The translations under genes and the position numbers were made by a program. Shown here piece by piece: positions 38,365-51,829 of a DNA stretch of 64,000 nt; positions within the stretch are counted from its first letter, which is position 1; each line of letters opens with the position of its first letter. The DNA is from Mobula hypostoma (lineage: Eukaryota), in contig NC_086108.1 in assembly GCF_963921235.1 (NCBI RefSeq), positions 6,262,001 to 6,326,000 of the forward strand, in the 5' to 3' direction. Under the pieces are notes generated by a model that worked only from the letters and a program-made list of their open reading frames with translations, was not told the origin of the DNA and did not search any database.

Positions 38365-38567
38365 GTATTCTGAGTCCAGCCCCTATGGGTCAGCTGAGAC
38401 TTCACTCCCTGGCCCAGAAGGGGAAGAGGAGACGGAGGCATAGAACAGTTTTCACACAGCAGCAGTTGGAATATCTGGAAAACCTCTTCAACACATCAAG
38501 TTACCCAGATAGCAGCACCAGGGAGAAGCTGGCCAGGAAAACCCATCTCTCCGAGGAGACCATCAAG
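38365..38567 (+). CDS. Exon 2 of goosecoid-related homeobox gene (homeodomain residues 1-46)
   Basis: Encodes ...KGKRRRRHRTVFTQQQLEYLENLFNTSSYPDSSTREKLARKTHLSEETIK. Phase-1 acceptor CCAG| at 38364 (alternative AG at 38358), CTGAC branch-like motif at 38332. Donor AAG|GTACGT sits at the PRD-class codon 46/47 intron position. Confidence 0.92.
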
Positions 38568-38669
38568 GTACGTGACTTCCAGTCAAAAGACAACATCTGC
38601 AGGCAGAAACCAAATGGATGAATACCTGCATGATTGTAGCACCTGTTGCATTTCCTTTCACAGCATAGA

Positions 38670-39255
38670 ACATCGAACAGTATAGCATACAGTACAGTCC
38701 CTTCGGCCCACAAGGTTGTGATAACTTTTTAACCTATTCTAAGATCAACCTAACAATTCCCTCCTACATAACCCTCCGTTTTTCTATCATCCAGGTGCCT
38801 AATTAGTTTCTTAAATGCCCCTAATGTATCTGCCTCTACCATCACCCTGGCAAGACGTTCCATGTTCCCACCACTCTCTGCGTAGAAAAAACCACCTCTG
38901 ACATCCTCACACCCCCCACATACTTTCCTCCAATCACCTTAAAATTATGCTTCCTCATATTTGCAATTTCTGTCTGTCTGTCCACTCCATCTATGCCTCT
39001 TATCATCTTGTACACCTCTATCAAGTCACCTCTCATCCTCCTTTGCTCCAAAGAGGAAAGCCCTAGCTCACTCATAAGACATGCTCTCTGATCCAGGCAG
39101 CGTCCTGGTAAATCTCCGCTGCATCCTCCTTAAAGCTTCCGCATCCTTCCTAAAACGTGGCGACCAGAGCTGAACACAATATTCCAAGTGTGGTCTAACC
39201 AGGGTTTTATAGAGCTGCAACGTTACCTTGTGGTTCTTGTACTCAGTCCCCTGAC
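38670..39255 (-). mobile_element. CR1 LINE 3' fragment
   Basis: LYKTLVRPHLEYCVQLWSP...RMRGDLIEVYK. Confidence 0.85.
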
Positions 39256-39261
39256 CAAAGG

Positions 39262-39545
39262 TAGAGTAGTGGTTAGCACAACGCTTCACAGTATAGGTGA
39301 TCTGGATTCAATTCCTGCTCTTGCCTGTACGGAATTTGTACGTTCTCTCTGTGTAATACGTGGGTTTTCTCCAAGTGCTCTGGTTTCCTCCCACAGTCCA
39401 AAGACGTACCGGTTGGTAGGTTAATTGGTCATTGTAAGTTGTCCTGTGATTGGGCGAGGGTTAACTCAGGTGGTGCGGCTTGAGATGCCAGAATGGCCTA
39501 TTCTGCGCTGTATCTCAATAAAAAATGAACGGATAAATAAATAAA
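39262..39545 (+). mobile_element. tRNA-derived V-SINE-like element (HE1/SINE2 type)
   Basis: A-box-like GTAGTGGTTAG, B-box GATTCAATTCC, V-domain GGTTTCCTCCCACAGTCCAAAGAC, AATAAA-rich tail. Related copies at 18680-18915 (-), 19050-19240 (+) and 35760-35910 (-). Confidence 0.7.
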
Positions 39546-40591
39546 TATTAATGAACACATCACCAAGTCTGCACATAGCAAGATCCATTAAATGACAATG
39601 TGACCAACTACTTTTGCCATGTTGATTGATGGATTGTATTGTAGATTACTGCAAGTCTGGTTTTGTTTGCCTGTATTCATAAGACCATAAGATGTAGGAG
39701 CAGAATTCACCCATTTAGTCCACCATTTCATTGCTGATCCATGTGTATGGCTGAATGACAATTAAACTTGAATTTAGTCCAAAGACACCCCTACTTATCC
39801 TAGGTGTAATAGTAATTAAATCATTTATATCCACCTCAGATAGTGATAGGACCCAAAAAGGGGAATTGGAGAAGTATGAGGGAAAATAGGAATAAATTAG
39901 GGCCAGGGTTTTATGTAGAGGTTTAGACTTTGAACCATAAATCCTAGTTTGATATCTCTTCCAAAAGACGGTGTCTCCAACCCTCTTAGGACTGTGCTGG
40001 GAAACATTTATCCACGACATCGTCATGGAGTGATGCCTCTAGGGCCAACGGGCACAGCCTCAGAATAGAAGAATGTCCCTTTAGAATGGAGAAGAGGAGG
40101 AATTTCTTTAATTAAAGAGTGGTGAATCTGTGGAATCCATTGCCACAGATAGTTGTGGAGGCCAAGCCATTGGTATATAGGTAAAGTAGAGGTTGATGGA
40201 TTCTTCACTTGTAAGGGTGTTAGAGGTGACGGGGAGAAGGCAGGTGAAAGGGATTGAGAGAGATAATAAATCAGCCATGATGAAATGCTGGAGAAGATGT
40301 GATGGGCCGAATGGCTTCATTCTGCTCCTATGTCTTATGGCCTGTAGTTGTTAAACAAATTCACCCTCATAGTAAATGACCTGGAAACAAGGGGAACATA
40401 AATCATCCCAGTTGTCCATTTCTTGGTTTGTTCACTTACAGAGAAGGTAAGAAGACACGACTGGAGTTAGTTGTGATTCCACCACAACTAACGATGACAC
40501 AGCCAGTTAGAATGCTCACCACAGTACATCTGTGGAAATTTGCAAGTGTTTTTGGTGACATACCAAATCTCCACGAACTCCTAATGAAATA

Positions 40592-42228
40592 CAATGCCTA
40601 CAAAAAATATTCACCCCCCCCCCCCCAGTGGAAGTTTTCACGTTTTATTGTTGTACAACATTGAATCACAGTGGATTTAATTTGGCTTTTTTGACACTGA
40701 TCAACAGAAAAGGACTCTTTCACGTCAAAGTGAAAACAGATCTCTCCAAAGTGATCTAATTTAATTACAAATATAAATTACAAAATAATTGATTGTACGA
40801 GTATTCACTCCCTTCAAGTCAGTATTTAGTAGATGCACCTTTGGCAGCAATTACAGCCCTGAGTCTGTGTGGATAGGTCTCTATCAGCTTTGCACATCTG
40901 GACACTGCAATTTTCCCCTTCTTCTTTACAAAACTGCTCAAGCTCTGTCAGATTGCATGGGGATCGTGAGTGAACAGCCCTTTTCAAGTCCAGCCACAAA
41001 TTCTCAATTGGATTGAGGTTTGGACTTTGACTTGGCCACTCCAGGACAATAACTTCATTGTTTTTAAACCATTCCTGTGTAGCTTTGGCTTTATGCTTGG
41101 GGTCATTGTCTTGCTGGAAAACGAATCTTCTCCCAAGTCACAGTCCTCTTGTAGATTGCATCAGGTTTTCCTCCAGGATTTCCCTGTATTTTGCTGCATT
41201 CATCTTACCCTCTACCTTCACAAGCCTTCCAGGGCCTGCTGCAGTGAAGCATCCCCACAGCATGATGCAGCCACCACCATGCTTCACAGTAGCAATGGTG
41301 TGTTTTTGATTATGTGTGGTGTTTGGTTTACGCCAAACAAAGTGTAAGTTGGCAAAAAAGCTCAATTTTGGTTTCATCAGACCATAGAAACTTCTTCCAA
41401 TTGACTTCAGAATCTCCCACATGCCTTCTGGCAAACTCTCGCCATGATTTCATGTGAGTTTTTTTTCACCTTTTTTGCCACTCTCCTATGAAGCTGTGAT
41501 TGGCGAAGCACCCAGGCAACAGTTGTATGTGCAGTCTCTCCCATCTCAGCCACTGAAGCTTGTAACTCCTCCAGAGTTGTCATAGGTCTCTTGGTGGCCT
41601 CTCTCACTCGTCCCCTTCTTGCACGGTCACTCAGTTTTTGAGGACGGCCTGCTCTAGGCAGATTTACAGCTGTGCCATATTCTTTCCATTTCCTGATGAT
41701 TGATTTAACTGTACTCCAGGGGATATTCAGTGACTTGGAAATTTTCTTGTATCCATCTCTTGACTTGTGTTTTTCCATAACCTTTTTGCAGAGTTGCTTG
41801 GAGTGCTCTTTTGTCTACGTGGAGTAGTTTTAGCCAGGATACTGGCTGACCAGCAGTTGGGCCTTCCAGATACAGGTGTATTTTTACTAAGATCAATTGA
41901 AACACCTTGATTTGCACACAGGTTTCCAAAAACAGATTTCCATTTAACTAATTATGTGACTTCTAAAACCAATTGGCTGCACCAGTGATGATTTGGTATG
42001 TCATTTTAAAGTGTTGGTGAATACTGATGCAATCAATTATTTTGTGTTTTATAATTAATTTAGATCACTTTGTAGAGATTTGTTTTCACTTTGACATGAA
42101 AGAGTCTTTTTCTGTTGATGAGTGTCAAAAAAAGCCAAATTAAATCCACTGTGAATCAATATTGTAAAACAACAAAACATGAAAACTTCCAAGGGCAGGG
42201 GAGGAGTGAGTACTTTTTATAGGCACTG
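40592..42228 (-). mobile_element. Near full-length Tc1 transposon (inactive)
   Basis: Long inverted repeats; frameshifted transposase with paired-like HTH (GYKKISKSLNIPWSTV, GRPQKLS) and [13 protein letters not shown]. Confidence 0.92.
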
Positions 42229-42239
42229 CGTATCTATTT

Positions 42240-45200
42240 AAAATGTAAATTAAATAAGTAGTGCAAAAAAGAAAAAAAAATAGTGAGGTACTGTTCAGGA
42301 GTTCATTGTCCATTCAGAAATCGGATGGCAGAGGGGAAGAAGCTGTTCCTGAATCATTGAGTGTGGGTCTTCAGGCTCCTGTACCTCCTCCCTGATGGTA
42401 ACAGAGAGAAGAGGGCATGTCCTGGGTGATGAGGGTCCTTAATGATCAGATGCCACCTTTTTGAGGTATCACTCCTTGAAGATTTCCAGTATGCTGGGGA
42501 GACATGGAGCTAAGTTTACAACTTTATGCAGCTTATTTCGATTCTGTGCAGTGCCCCCAACACCCATACCAGATGGTGTTGGAGCCAATTAGAATGCTCT
42601 GTACAGTATATCTGTAGAAATCTGCAAGTGACAAACCAAGTCACCTCAAACTCTGAATGAAATATAGCCACTGTTGTGCCTTCATCAATATGTTGGCCCA
42701 GGATAGATCCTCAGAGATATTGATACCCAGGGACATGAAAGTACTCACCCTTTCCACCTGATGAAGACTGGTGTGTGTTTCGCTTGTCTTACCCTTTCTG
42801 AAGTCCACAATCAATTCTTTGGTCTTACTGTCAATTAGTGCAGGGTTGTTGCTGCAACACCTCTCAACCAGCAGATCTATCTTGCTCCTGGATGCCCTCT
42901 CGTCACCATCTGAAATTCTGCCAACAATAGCTGTGCCATCATCAAATTTTTAGATGGCATTTGAGCTATGCCCAGCCACACAGCCATAGGTGTAGAGAGA
43001 GTAGAGCAGAGGGCTAAGCACGCATCCCTGAGGTGCGCCAGTGTTGATTATCAGCGAGGTGGAGGTGCTATTTCCGATCCGCACAGACTGCGGTCTCCCG
43101 GTGAGGAAACCGAGGATCCAGTTGCAGAGGGAGGTACAGAAGCCCAGGCTTTGGAGCTTTTCGATCAGAACTGTTGGCATGATTGTGTTAAAATACTGAG
43201 CTGTAGTCAATAAACAGCAGCCTGATGTATTAGTAGCAGAATGCCATGGCGTGATTTTAAAGGGAACCGGGGTGGGGGGGGGGGTGCTAAAAATTCCACA
43301 GATTCATCACCCTCTGATTCATGATCCTCTGGCCTTAGGCTCCCCCACCATAGAAAACATTGTCTCAACATCCACTCTTTCAAGGCCTTTCACCATTTGA
43401 TAGGTTTCAAAGAGGTCACCCCTCATTCTTCTGAATTCCAGTGAGTACAGGGCCAGAGATACCAAACATTCTTCATATGACAAGCCATTCAATACTGGAA
43501 TCATTTTTGTGAACTTCCTTTGAACCCTCTCCAATGCAAGCACATCCTTTCTCAGATAAGGGGCCAAAACTGCTCACAATACCCAAGTGAGGCCTCAACA
43601 GTGCCTTAGAAAGATTCAGCGTTATACCTTTGCTTTTATATTCTAGTCCTCTCAAAATGAATGCTAACATCGCATTTGCTTTCCTCACCACTGACTTCAC
43701 TTGCAAACTAACCTTTAGGGAATCCCACACGAGAACTCCCAAGGCCTCAGATTTTTGAATTTTCTCTCCCTTTAGAAAATAGTCTATACTTTCATTTCTT
43801 CTACCAAAGTGCATGACCATACACTTCCTGACACTGTATTCAGTCTGCCACTTCCTTGCCCATTCTCCCAATCTGTCTAAGTCCCTCTTTAGCCTCTCTA
43901 CTTACTCAAAACTACCTGTCCCTCCACCTGTGTTCTTATTGTCCACAAACTTTACAAACGATACATTTCACTGAATGTTTTGATGTTTCCATGCACTTGT
44001 GACAAATAAAAGTGATCTCTAATCTCTAAATTTATCTCACAGACAAGTTACTTAAAAAAAAAATCAGTTCACAAAGTGTTAGGGCATTCAGTACATGTGC
44101 AAGATGTGGTATTTTGGGAAGTACCCAAACCCAAGGCACAAACAAAATGCTGGAGGATCTCAGTAGATCAGGCAGCATCTAACGAGGGGAAAAGCAGCCA
44201 ATGTTTCTGACCAAGACCCTTCATCGGGATGTGACTCAGAGAACAGCAGGGCTGTGGGGGAGTGTTGTGGATCAGAAGAATGGATGATTACAACTACATG
44301 ATTCCCAGAAGTGAATGCTCAGGAAGACAGCGGGGGCGGGGGGGGTGAAGCTGGTGTTTTAACATAGAGTATAGTTCAGGCCTAGGATGGCGGAGTAGAG
44401 TTGTAGGGAGAGATTGGGCAGACTTTATTCCCTGGAGTGTAGGAGACTGGGAGGTGAACTTCAGAATCAGGATCAGGTTTAATATCACTGGCACATGTCG
44501 TGAAATTTGTTAACTTTGTGGTAGCAATACAACGCAATACATGATAAATACAGAAATAAACTGAATACATATACATGTATGTCAAATAGTTAACTTAAAA
44601 TAAGTCATGCAAAAAACAAAATTTAGAAAACTGATGGCAGGGGAGTGAACCTGTTCCTGAATCATTGAGTGTGTGCCTTCAGGTTCCTGTACCTCCTCCC
44701 TGATGGTAGCAATGAGAAGAGGGCATGTCCTGGGTGATGAGGGTCCTCAATGATGGATGCCGTCTTTCTGAGGCAGCACTCCTTGAAGATGTCTTGGATA
44801 CAATGGATGCTAGTGCCCATGATGGATCTGACTAAGTTTACAAGTTTCTGCAACTTACTTCAATCTTATGCAGTAGCCACCCCACCCCCATACCAGACAG
44901 TGATGCAGCCAGTCAGAATGCTCCCCACAGTACATCTGTACAAGTTTTCAAGTTTTGTAGGTGATAAACCAAATCTCCTCGAACTCCTAATGAGATATAG
45001 CCATTATGCTGCCTTCTTTATAGCTGCATCGATATGTTGGGACCAGGTTAGTTCCCCAGAGATGTTGATACCCAGGAATCTGGAGTTGCTCATTCTCTCC
45101 ACTTCAGATTCCCCTGTGAAGTCTGGTGTGTTTTCCCTTGTGTTTCGGAAGTCCACAATCAGTTCTTTGGTCTTACTGACGTTGAGTGCAGGGTTGTTGC

Positions 45201-45270
45201 TGCGACAACACTCAACCAGCTGACATATCTCACTCCTGTACACCATCTCGATACCAGCTGAGATTCCGCC
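42240..45270 (-). mobile_element. Rex1/Babar fragments (42240-43230, 44460-45270) and a CR1 fragment (43300-43950)
   Basis: [14 protein letters not shown]...[31 protein letters not shown]1 WARKWQ...RPHL. Confidence 0.8.
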
Positions 45271-45714
45271 AACTACTCATGGGAGTGTTTAAAAAACATG
45301 GAGGCAAATGTTTCCAATCTTTTCCCCAGGGAAAGAGAATCAAAAACTAGAGAGCAGAGGTTTAGGATGAGAGGGGAAAGACCTGAGGGACAACTTCTTC
45401 CTGCAGAGGGTGGTGGGTGTATAGAACGAGCTGCCAGAGGTTGTGGTTGGAGCAGGTACATCAGCAACATTTAAACTACAGTGGGACCGATACAATGGAT
45501 TCTGTTTAGTCGGGACAGCTCATCCATGACTTTGGATTTCCAGCATCTGAAGACTTTCTTGTGTTTATCAGAAAAAACAAAAACTAAATCAAGAAAATAA
45601 ATACAAAATAACCTGCAGATGCTGGGATCAAAGCAACAATCACAGTACGCTGGAGGAACTCAGCAGGTCCGGCAGCATCAGTGGAAACGATGAGTCGACA
45701 TTTCGGGCTGGAAT

Positions 45715-47145
45715 CATAGAAACATAGAAACATAGAAAATAGGTGCAGGAGTAGGCCATTCGGCCCTTCGAGCCTGCACCGCCATTCAGTATGATCATGG
45801 CTGATCATCCAACTCAGAACCCTGGACCAGCCTTCCCTCCATACCCCCCATACCCCCTGATCCCTTTAGCCACAAGGGCCATATCTAACTCCCTCTTAAA
45901 TATAGCCAATGAACTGGCCTCAACTGTTTCCTGTGGCAGAGAATTCCACAGATTCACCACTCTCTGTGCGAAGAAGTTTTTCCTAATCTCAGTCCTAAAA
46001 GGCTTCCCCTTTATCCTCAAACTGTGATCCCTCGTTCTGGACTTCCCCAACATCGGGAACAATCTTCCTGCATCTAGCCTGTCCAATCCCTTTAGGATTT
46101 TATATGTTTCAATAAGATCCCCCCTCAATCTTCTAAATTCCAACAAGTATAAGCCTAGTCAATCCAGTCTTTCATCATATGAAAGTCCTGCCATCCCAGG
46201 AATCAATCTGGTGAACCTTCTTTGTACTCCCTCTATGGCAAGGATATCTTCCCTCAGATTAGGGGACCAAAACTGCACACAATACTCCAGGTGTGGTCTC
46301 ACCAAGGCCTTGTACAACTGCAGTAGTACCTCCCCGTTCCTGTACTCGAATCCTCTCGCTATAAATGCCAGCATACCATTCGTCTTTTTCACCACCTGCT
46401 GTACCTGCATGCCCACTTTCAATGACTGGTGTATAATGACACCCAGGTCTCATTGCACCTCCCCTTTTCCTAATCGGCCACCATTCAGATAATAATCTGT
46501 TTTCCTATTTTTGCCACCAAAGTGGATAACTTCACATTTATCCACATTAAATTGCATCTGCCATGAATTTGCCCACTCACCTAACCTATCCAAGTCACCC
46601 TGCATCCTCTTAGCATCCTCCTCACAGCTAACATTGTCGCCCAGCTTCGTGTCATCCGCAAACTTGGAGATGCTGCATTTAATTCCCTCATCTAAGTCAT
46701 TAATATATATTGTAAACAACTGGGGTCCCAGCACTGAGCCTTGCGGTACCCCACTAGTCACTGCCTGCCATTCTGAAAAGGTCCCGTTTATTCCCACTCT
46801 TTGCTTCCTGTCTGCCAGCCAATTCTCTATCCACATCAATACCTTACCTCCAATACTGTGTACTTTAAGTTTGCACACTAATCTCCTGTGTGGGACCTTG
46901 TCAAAAGCATTTTGAAAATCCAAATATACCACATCCACTGGTTCTCCCCTATCCACTCTACTAGTTACATCCACAAAAAATTCTATGAGATTCGTCAGAC
47001 ATGATTTTCCTTTCACAAATCCATGCTGATTTTGTCCGATGATTTCACCACTTTCCAAATGTGCTGTTATCACTGACTCTAGCATTTTCCCCACCACCGA
47101 TGTTAGGCTAACCGGTCTATAATTCCTCGGTTTCTCTCTCCCTCC
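45715..47145 (-). mobile_element. Young CR1 LINE (same subfamily as 20000-21279)
   Basis: [13 protein letters not shown]...FADDTK; (CATAGAAA)n tail; near-identical to the copy at 20 kb. Confidence 0.92.
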
Positions 47146-48718
47146 TGAACAAAGAAGGAGGGGGAAGGATTTGAAGAATGCTTGTAGGTTCAGTTGAAAG
47201 ACCAGTAATTTGAAAGACAAAGGGGTGGGGGAGGGGAAGCAGGGACGTCATAGGCAAGAAAACAATGGGTAGTAGTAGAAGGAGGCAGAACCATGAGGGA
47301 GGTGATAGGCAGCTGGAGGAGGGGGCAGAGTGAAATAGGGATAGAGGAGGGAGGGGGAGGGGGAGGGAATTACCAGAAGTTGGAGAATTCTATGTTCATA
47401 CCAAGGGGCTGGAGACTACCTAGACGGTATATGAGGTGTTGCTCCTCCAACCTGAGTTTAGCCTCATCATGGCAGTAGAGGAGGCCATGTATGGACATAT
47501 CTGAATGGGAATGGGAAGCAGAGTTGAAGTGGGTGGCTACTGGGAGATCCTGTCTGTTGTGGCAGACGGAGCGGAGGTGCTCGACGAAGCGGTCCCCCAA
47601 TCTGTTTCACCGATGTAGAGGAGGCCGCACTGGGAGTACCGGATGCAATAGATGACCCCAACAGACTCACAAGTGAAGTGTTGTCTCACCTGGAAGGACT
47701 GTCTGGGGCTCTGAATGGTGGCAAGAGAGGAGGTGTAGGGACAGGTGTAGCACTTACACTTACAGGGATAAGTGCCGGGTGGGAGTTCAGTGGGGATGGA
47801 CTTGCGGATAAGGGAGTGGCGGAGGGACCGATCCCTGCAGAAAGCAGAGAAGGGTGGAGAGGGAAAGATGTGCTTAGTGGTGGGGTCCTGTTGAAGGTGG
47901 TGGAAGTTGCGGAGGATAATGTGCTGGATCCGGAGGCTGGTGGGGTGGTAGGTGAGGACAAGGGAAACTCTGTCCCTGTTGTGGTGGTGGGAGGATGGGG
48001 TGAGGGCCAAAGTGTGGGAAATGAAGGAGATGCGGGTGAGGGCATCATTGATGACGGTAGAAGGGAAACAACGATCCTTAAAGAAAGAGGACATTTGAGA
48101 TGTCCTGGAACGAAAAGTCTCATCCTGGGAGCAGATGCGGTGAGACGGAGGAACTGGGAATAGGGAATGGCATTTTTGCATGTGGTGGGGTGGGAAGAGG
48201 TATAGTCGAGGTAGTTATGAGAGTCAGTGGGCTTGTAGAAGATGTCAGTGGACAGTCTGTCTCCAGAGATGGAGACTGAGAGATCGAGAAAGGTGAGAGA
48301 AGTGTCCGAGATAGCCCAAGTGAATTTGAGGGCTGGGTGGAAGTTTGAAGTAAAGCCGATGAAATTGATAAGCTCAGCATGGGTGCAGGAAGCAGCACCA
48401 ATATAGTCATCAATGTACTGAAGGAAAAGTTGGGGAGCAGTACCAGAATAGGTTTGGAGCACAGACTGTTCCACATAACCAACGAAGAGGCAGGCATAGC
48501 TGGGTCCCATGCGAGTTCCCATAGCTACACCCTAGTCTGAAGAAAGTGGGAAGAGCCAAAAGAGAAGTTATTGAGTGTGAGAACCAGTTCCGCCAACCGG
48601 AGGGTAGTGGTGGTGGGGAACTGGTGAGGTCTGTTATCCAGGAAGTAGCGGCGGGCTTTGAGCCCTTCTTGATGGGGAATGGAGGTGTATAAGGATTGGA
48701 CATCCATAGTAAAAATCA
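47146..48718 (-). mobile_element. Penelope-like element (RT plus GIY-YIG), disrupted; 3' end continues at ~45590-45712
   Basis: TMDVQSLYTSIPH, MGTRMGPSYACLF, YIDD, FYKPTDSH, FTCESVGVIYCI...YIGET, RFVEHL. Confidence 0.9.
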
Positions 48719-49262
48719 AGAAAATAGGCAGGATTCCCTTTGTTTATTTGGGACAACATGCTGCTTAATTGGGGCAGGAGGTTGTTGCTGAATAGCTTCT
48801 AACTAGCATCAGTTGTGTGCACTTCTGTGGCTGTTAGAAATTACTCCATACTTTGAGTAGCAACATACGCAACTGATTTAACACTGTTTGCTCTAAAAGC
48901 AGTGAATTTTGTCACTAATAGTTGGTGAGAAATAAGCAGTGAGACAATTTGAACTGTTTTACTCACTGTGGTTTCAAGCGTTCAGGCTTGGAGATGTCAG
49001 AGTTGGCTGGGAGTGAAAGTGAAACAATTTCACTACTTCAACAAGTTAGAAACTATGAGGGTATCGACGATTATCTTGAATGTTACAATAAAAATGAAGA
49101 TTTGGAGGATGTAATCATTTAAAACATTGTATGTAGGCAGTCCATTATCTACTTTAGGTGTCTGCTGATATTGTTCATTTACAGTCAATTAAAAGAATGC
49201 AGCAGATGAATTCCTCCGTTGATAACTATTAGGAACTAATACACAGATTTATAATACTGTGG

Positions 49263-51400
49263 TAGACCATAAGAATTAGGCCATTCGGCCCATTGAGTCT
49301 GCTCTGCCATTCCATCATGGCTGATCCCGGATCTCACTCAACCTCATACACCTGCCTTCTCGCCTTATCCTTTGAGGCCCTAACCAATCAGAAAATTATC
49401 AACTTCTGCCTTAAATGTACCCACAGACTTGGCCTCCACCGCAGTCTGTGGCAGAGCATTCCACAGATTCACTATTCTTTGGCTAAAAAAAATCCTCCTT
49501 ACCTCTTCTAAAAGATCGCCACTCAATAGCCATAACTGTTGACAATATTCCAAATGCAGTTTGACTAGTGCCTAATAAAGGATCAGCATTATCTCCTTGC
49601 TTTTATATTCTATTCCCCTCGAAATAAATGTCAATTTGCCGCCTTTACCACAAACTCAACCTGTAAATTAACCTTCTGGGGAAGTCCCTCTGCACCTCTG
49701 ATATTTGAACCTTCCCCCCATTTAGATAATAGTCTGCACTATTGTTCCTTTTACCAAAATGCATTATCGTACATTTCCCAGCACAGTATTCCATCTGCCA
49801 ATTTTTTTGTCCATTCTTTCAATTGTCTAAGTCCTGCTGCAATTGCATTGCTTCCTCAGCACTACCTACCCCCCACCTATCTTCATATCATCTGCAAACT
49901 TTGCCACAAAGCCATCAATTCCATTGTCCAAAACGTTGACAAACAATGTGAAAAGTAGCGGTCCCAATACTGTCCCCTGAGGAACACCACTAGTCACCAG
50001 CAGACAACCAGAAAAGGTCTCTTTTATTCCCACTCGCTGCCTCCTGGCTGTCAGCCTTTCGTCTATCCATGCCAGTATCTTTCCTGCAATTCCATAGGAT
50101 TTTATCTTGTTAAGCAACCTCATATGCTGCAGCTTAATAAATGTCGTCTGAAAATCCAAGTATATGAAATCCACTACCTCTTCTTTGTCCACCCTGCTTG
50201 TTACTTCCTCGAAGAAACTCCAACAGATTTGTCAGGCAAGGTTTCCCTTTACAGAAACCATGCTGACTTTGACTTATTTAATCATTAATCTCCAAGTACC
50301 CTGAAACCTCATCCTTAATAATAGACTCCAACACTTTTCCAACCACTGAGGTTAGGCCAACTGGCCCATAATTCCTTTCTTTTACCTTCTTCCCTTCTTA
50401 AAGAGCGGAGTGATATTTGCAATCTTACAGTCCTCCGGGATCATGCCAGCATCAAGTGATTCTTGAAAGATCTTGACCAATGCATCAGTTATCTCTTCAG
50501 CAACCTCTCTCAGGACTCTGGGATGTCATCCATCTTGTCCAGGTGACTTATCCACCTGAAGACCTTTGAGTTTGCCTGGCACTTTTTCCGTTGTAACAGC
50601 AATGGCACTCACTCCTGCTCCCTGACACTCTGGCACACTGCTAGTGTCTTCCACAATGAAGACTGGTGCAAAGTACCCATTAAGTTCATCCATTACTATC
50701 TCACCAGCATCATTTTCCAGTGGTCCAATATCAACTCTCACCTCCCTCTTACTCTTTATATAACTGAACAACTTTTAGATTCTTGTATTATATTATTGGC
50801 AAGTTTCCCCTCATATTTCATCTTTCCCCTTCTTATAGCTTTTTTTGTTGCTTTTCGTTGGATTTTAAAAGCTTCCCAATTATCCAACTTCCCACTCACT
50901 TTTGCTACCTTATATGCCCTTTCCCTGGCTTTTATGCAGTCCTTAACTCTCTGTGTCAGCCATGGTTGCCTAGCCCTGCCATTTGAGAAATTCTTCTTCT
51001 GTAGGACATACCGAACCTGCACCATTCCAATACTGATACATGTGACTTCTGCTTCTCCTTCTCAAACTGCAGTATGAATTCAATCATATTATGATCACCA
51101 TCTCCTAAGGGTTCCTTTACATTAAGCTCCCTAATAAGATCTGGGTTATTACACAACACTCAGTTTAAGATAGACTTTTCCCAAGTAGGCTCAAGCACAA
51201 GCTGCTCTAGAAAGCCATCTTGTAGGCATTCAACAAATTCCCTCTCCTACAATCTGACACCAATCTGATTTTCCCAATCCCTATGCATATTGAAGTTCCC
51301 CATTACAATTGTGTAATTACCCTTATTACATGCCTTTTCCAGCTCCCTTTGCAATCTCAACCCTACATCCTGGCTACTATTTGGAGGCCTATATATGATT
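49263..51400 (-). mobile_element. Degenerate CR1 LINE (endonuclease end through RT)
   Basis: EPLGDGDHNMIEF, KSPGQDG, YLDFQ...VPQGTVLGP...FADD. Confidence 0.85.
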
Positions 51401-51829
51401 ATTGTACTATAGTAGTATATGATTTTATATATGATTATATATAGTAGTGTTGGTAGTGTTCTAATTTGTTCTGTATTTTATTTAGATACATAATTTGTTA
51501 TTCAGTTAAACAGTAGTTAATATTTTTTCATTTTAACTATTTCCATGATATTTTGGCTAATTGGTGCAGCCGCTAAATTGGGCCAAAATGCACTGGTCCC
51601 AGTGTGTCCCAATTAACCAGAATCCACTGTATATGGATAGGAAAGGTTTAGGGCAGGGGTTCCCAACCTGGGGTCCATAGACTCCTCAATTAATTGTAGG
51701 GATCCATGGCATAAAAGATGTTTAGGGGGATATGGGCCAAACATGGGCAAATGGAACCAGCGTAGATGGGCCAACATGGAAGGGTTGGACAGAGGAACAG
51801 ATTCTGTGTTGTACCAGTCGTTAACCCAG

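Larger units (their letters stand above)
45493..51629. mobile_element. Pogo/Tigger-like non-autonomous DNA element, expanded by nested insertions
   Basis: TA|CAATGGATTCTGTTTAGTCGGGACA at 45493 is the inverted copy of TGTCCCAATTAACCAGAATCCACTG|TA ending at 51629. Internal remnant at 48720-49260 and 51400-51600. Confidence 0.65.
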
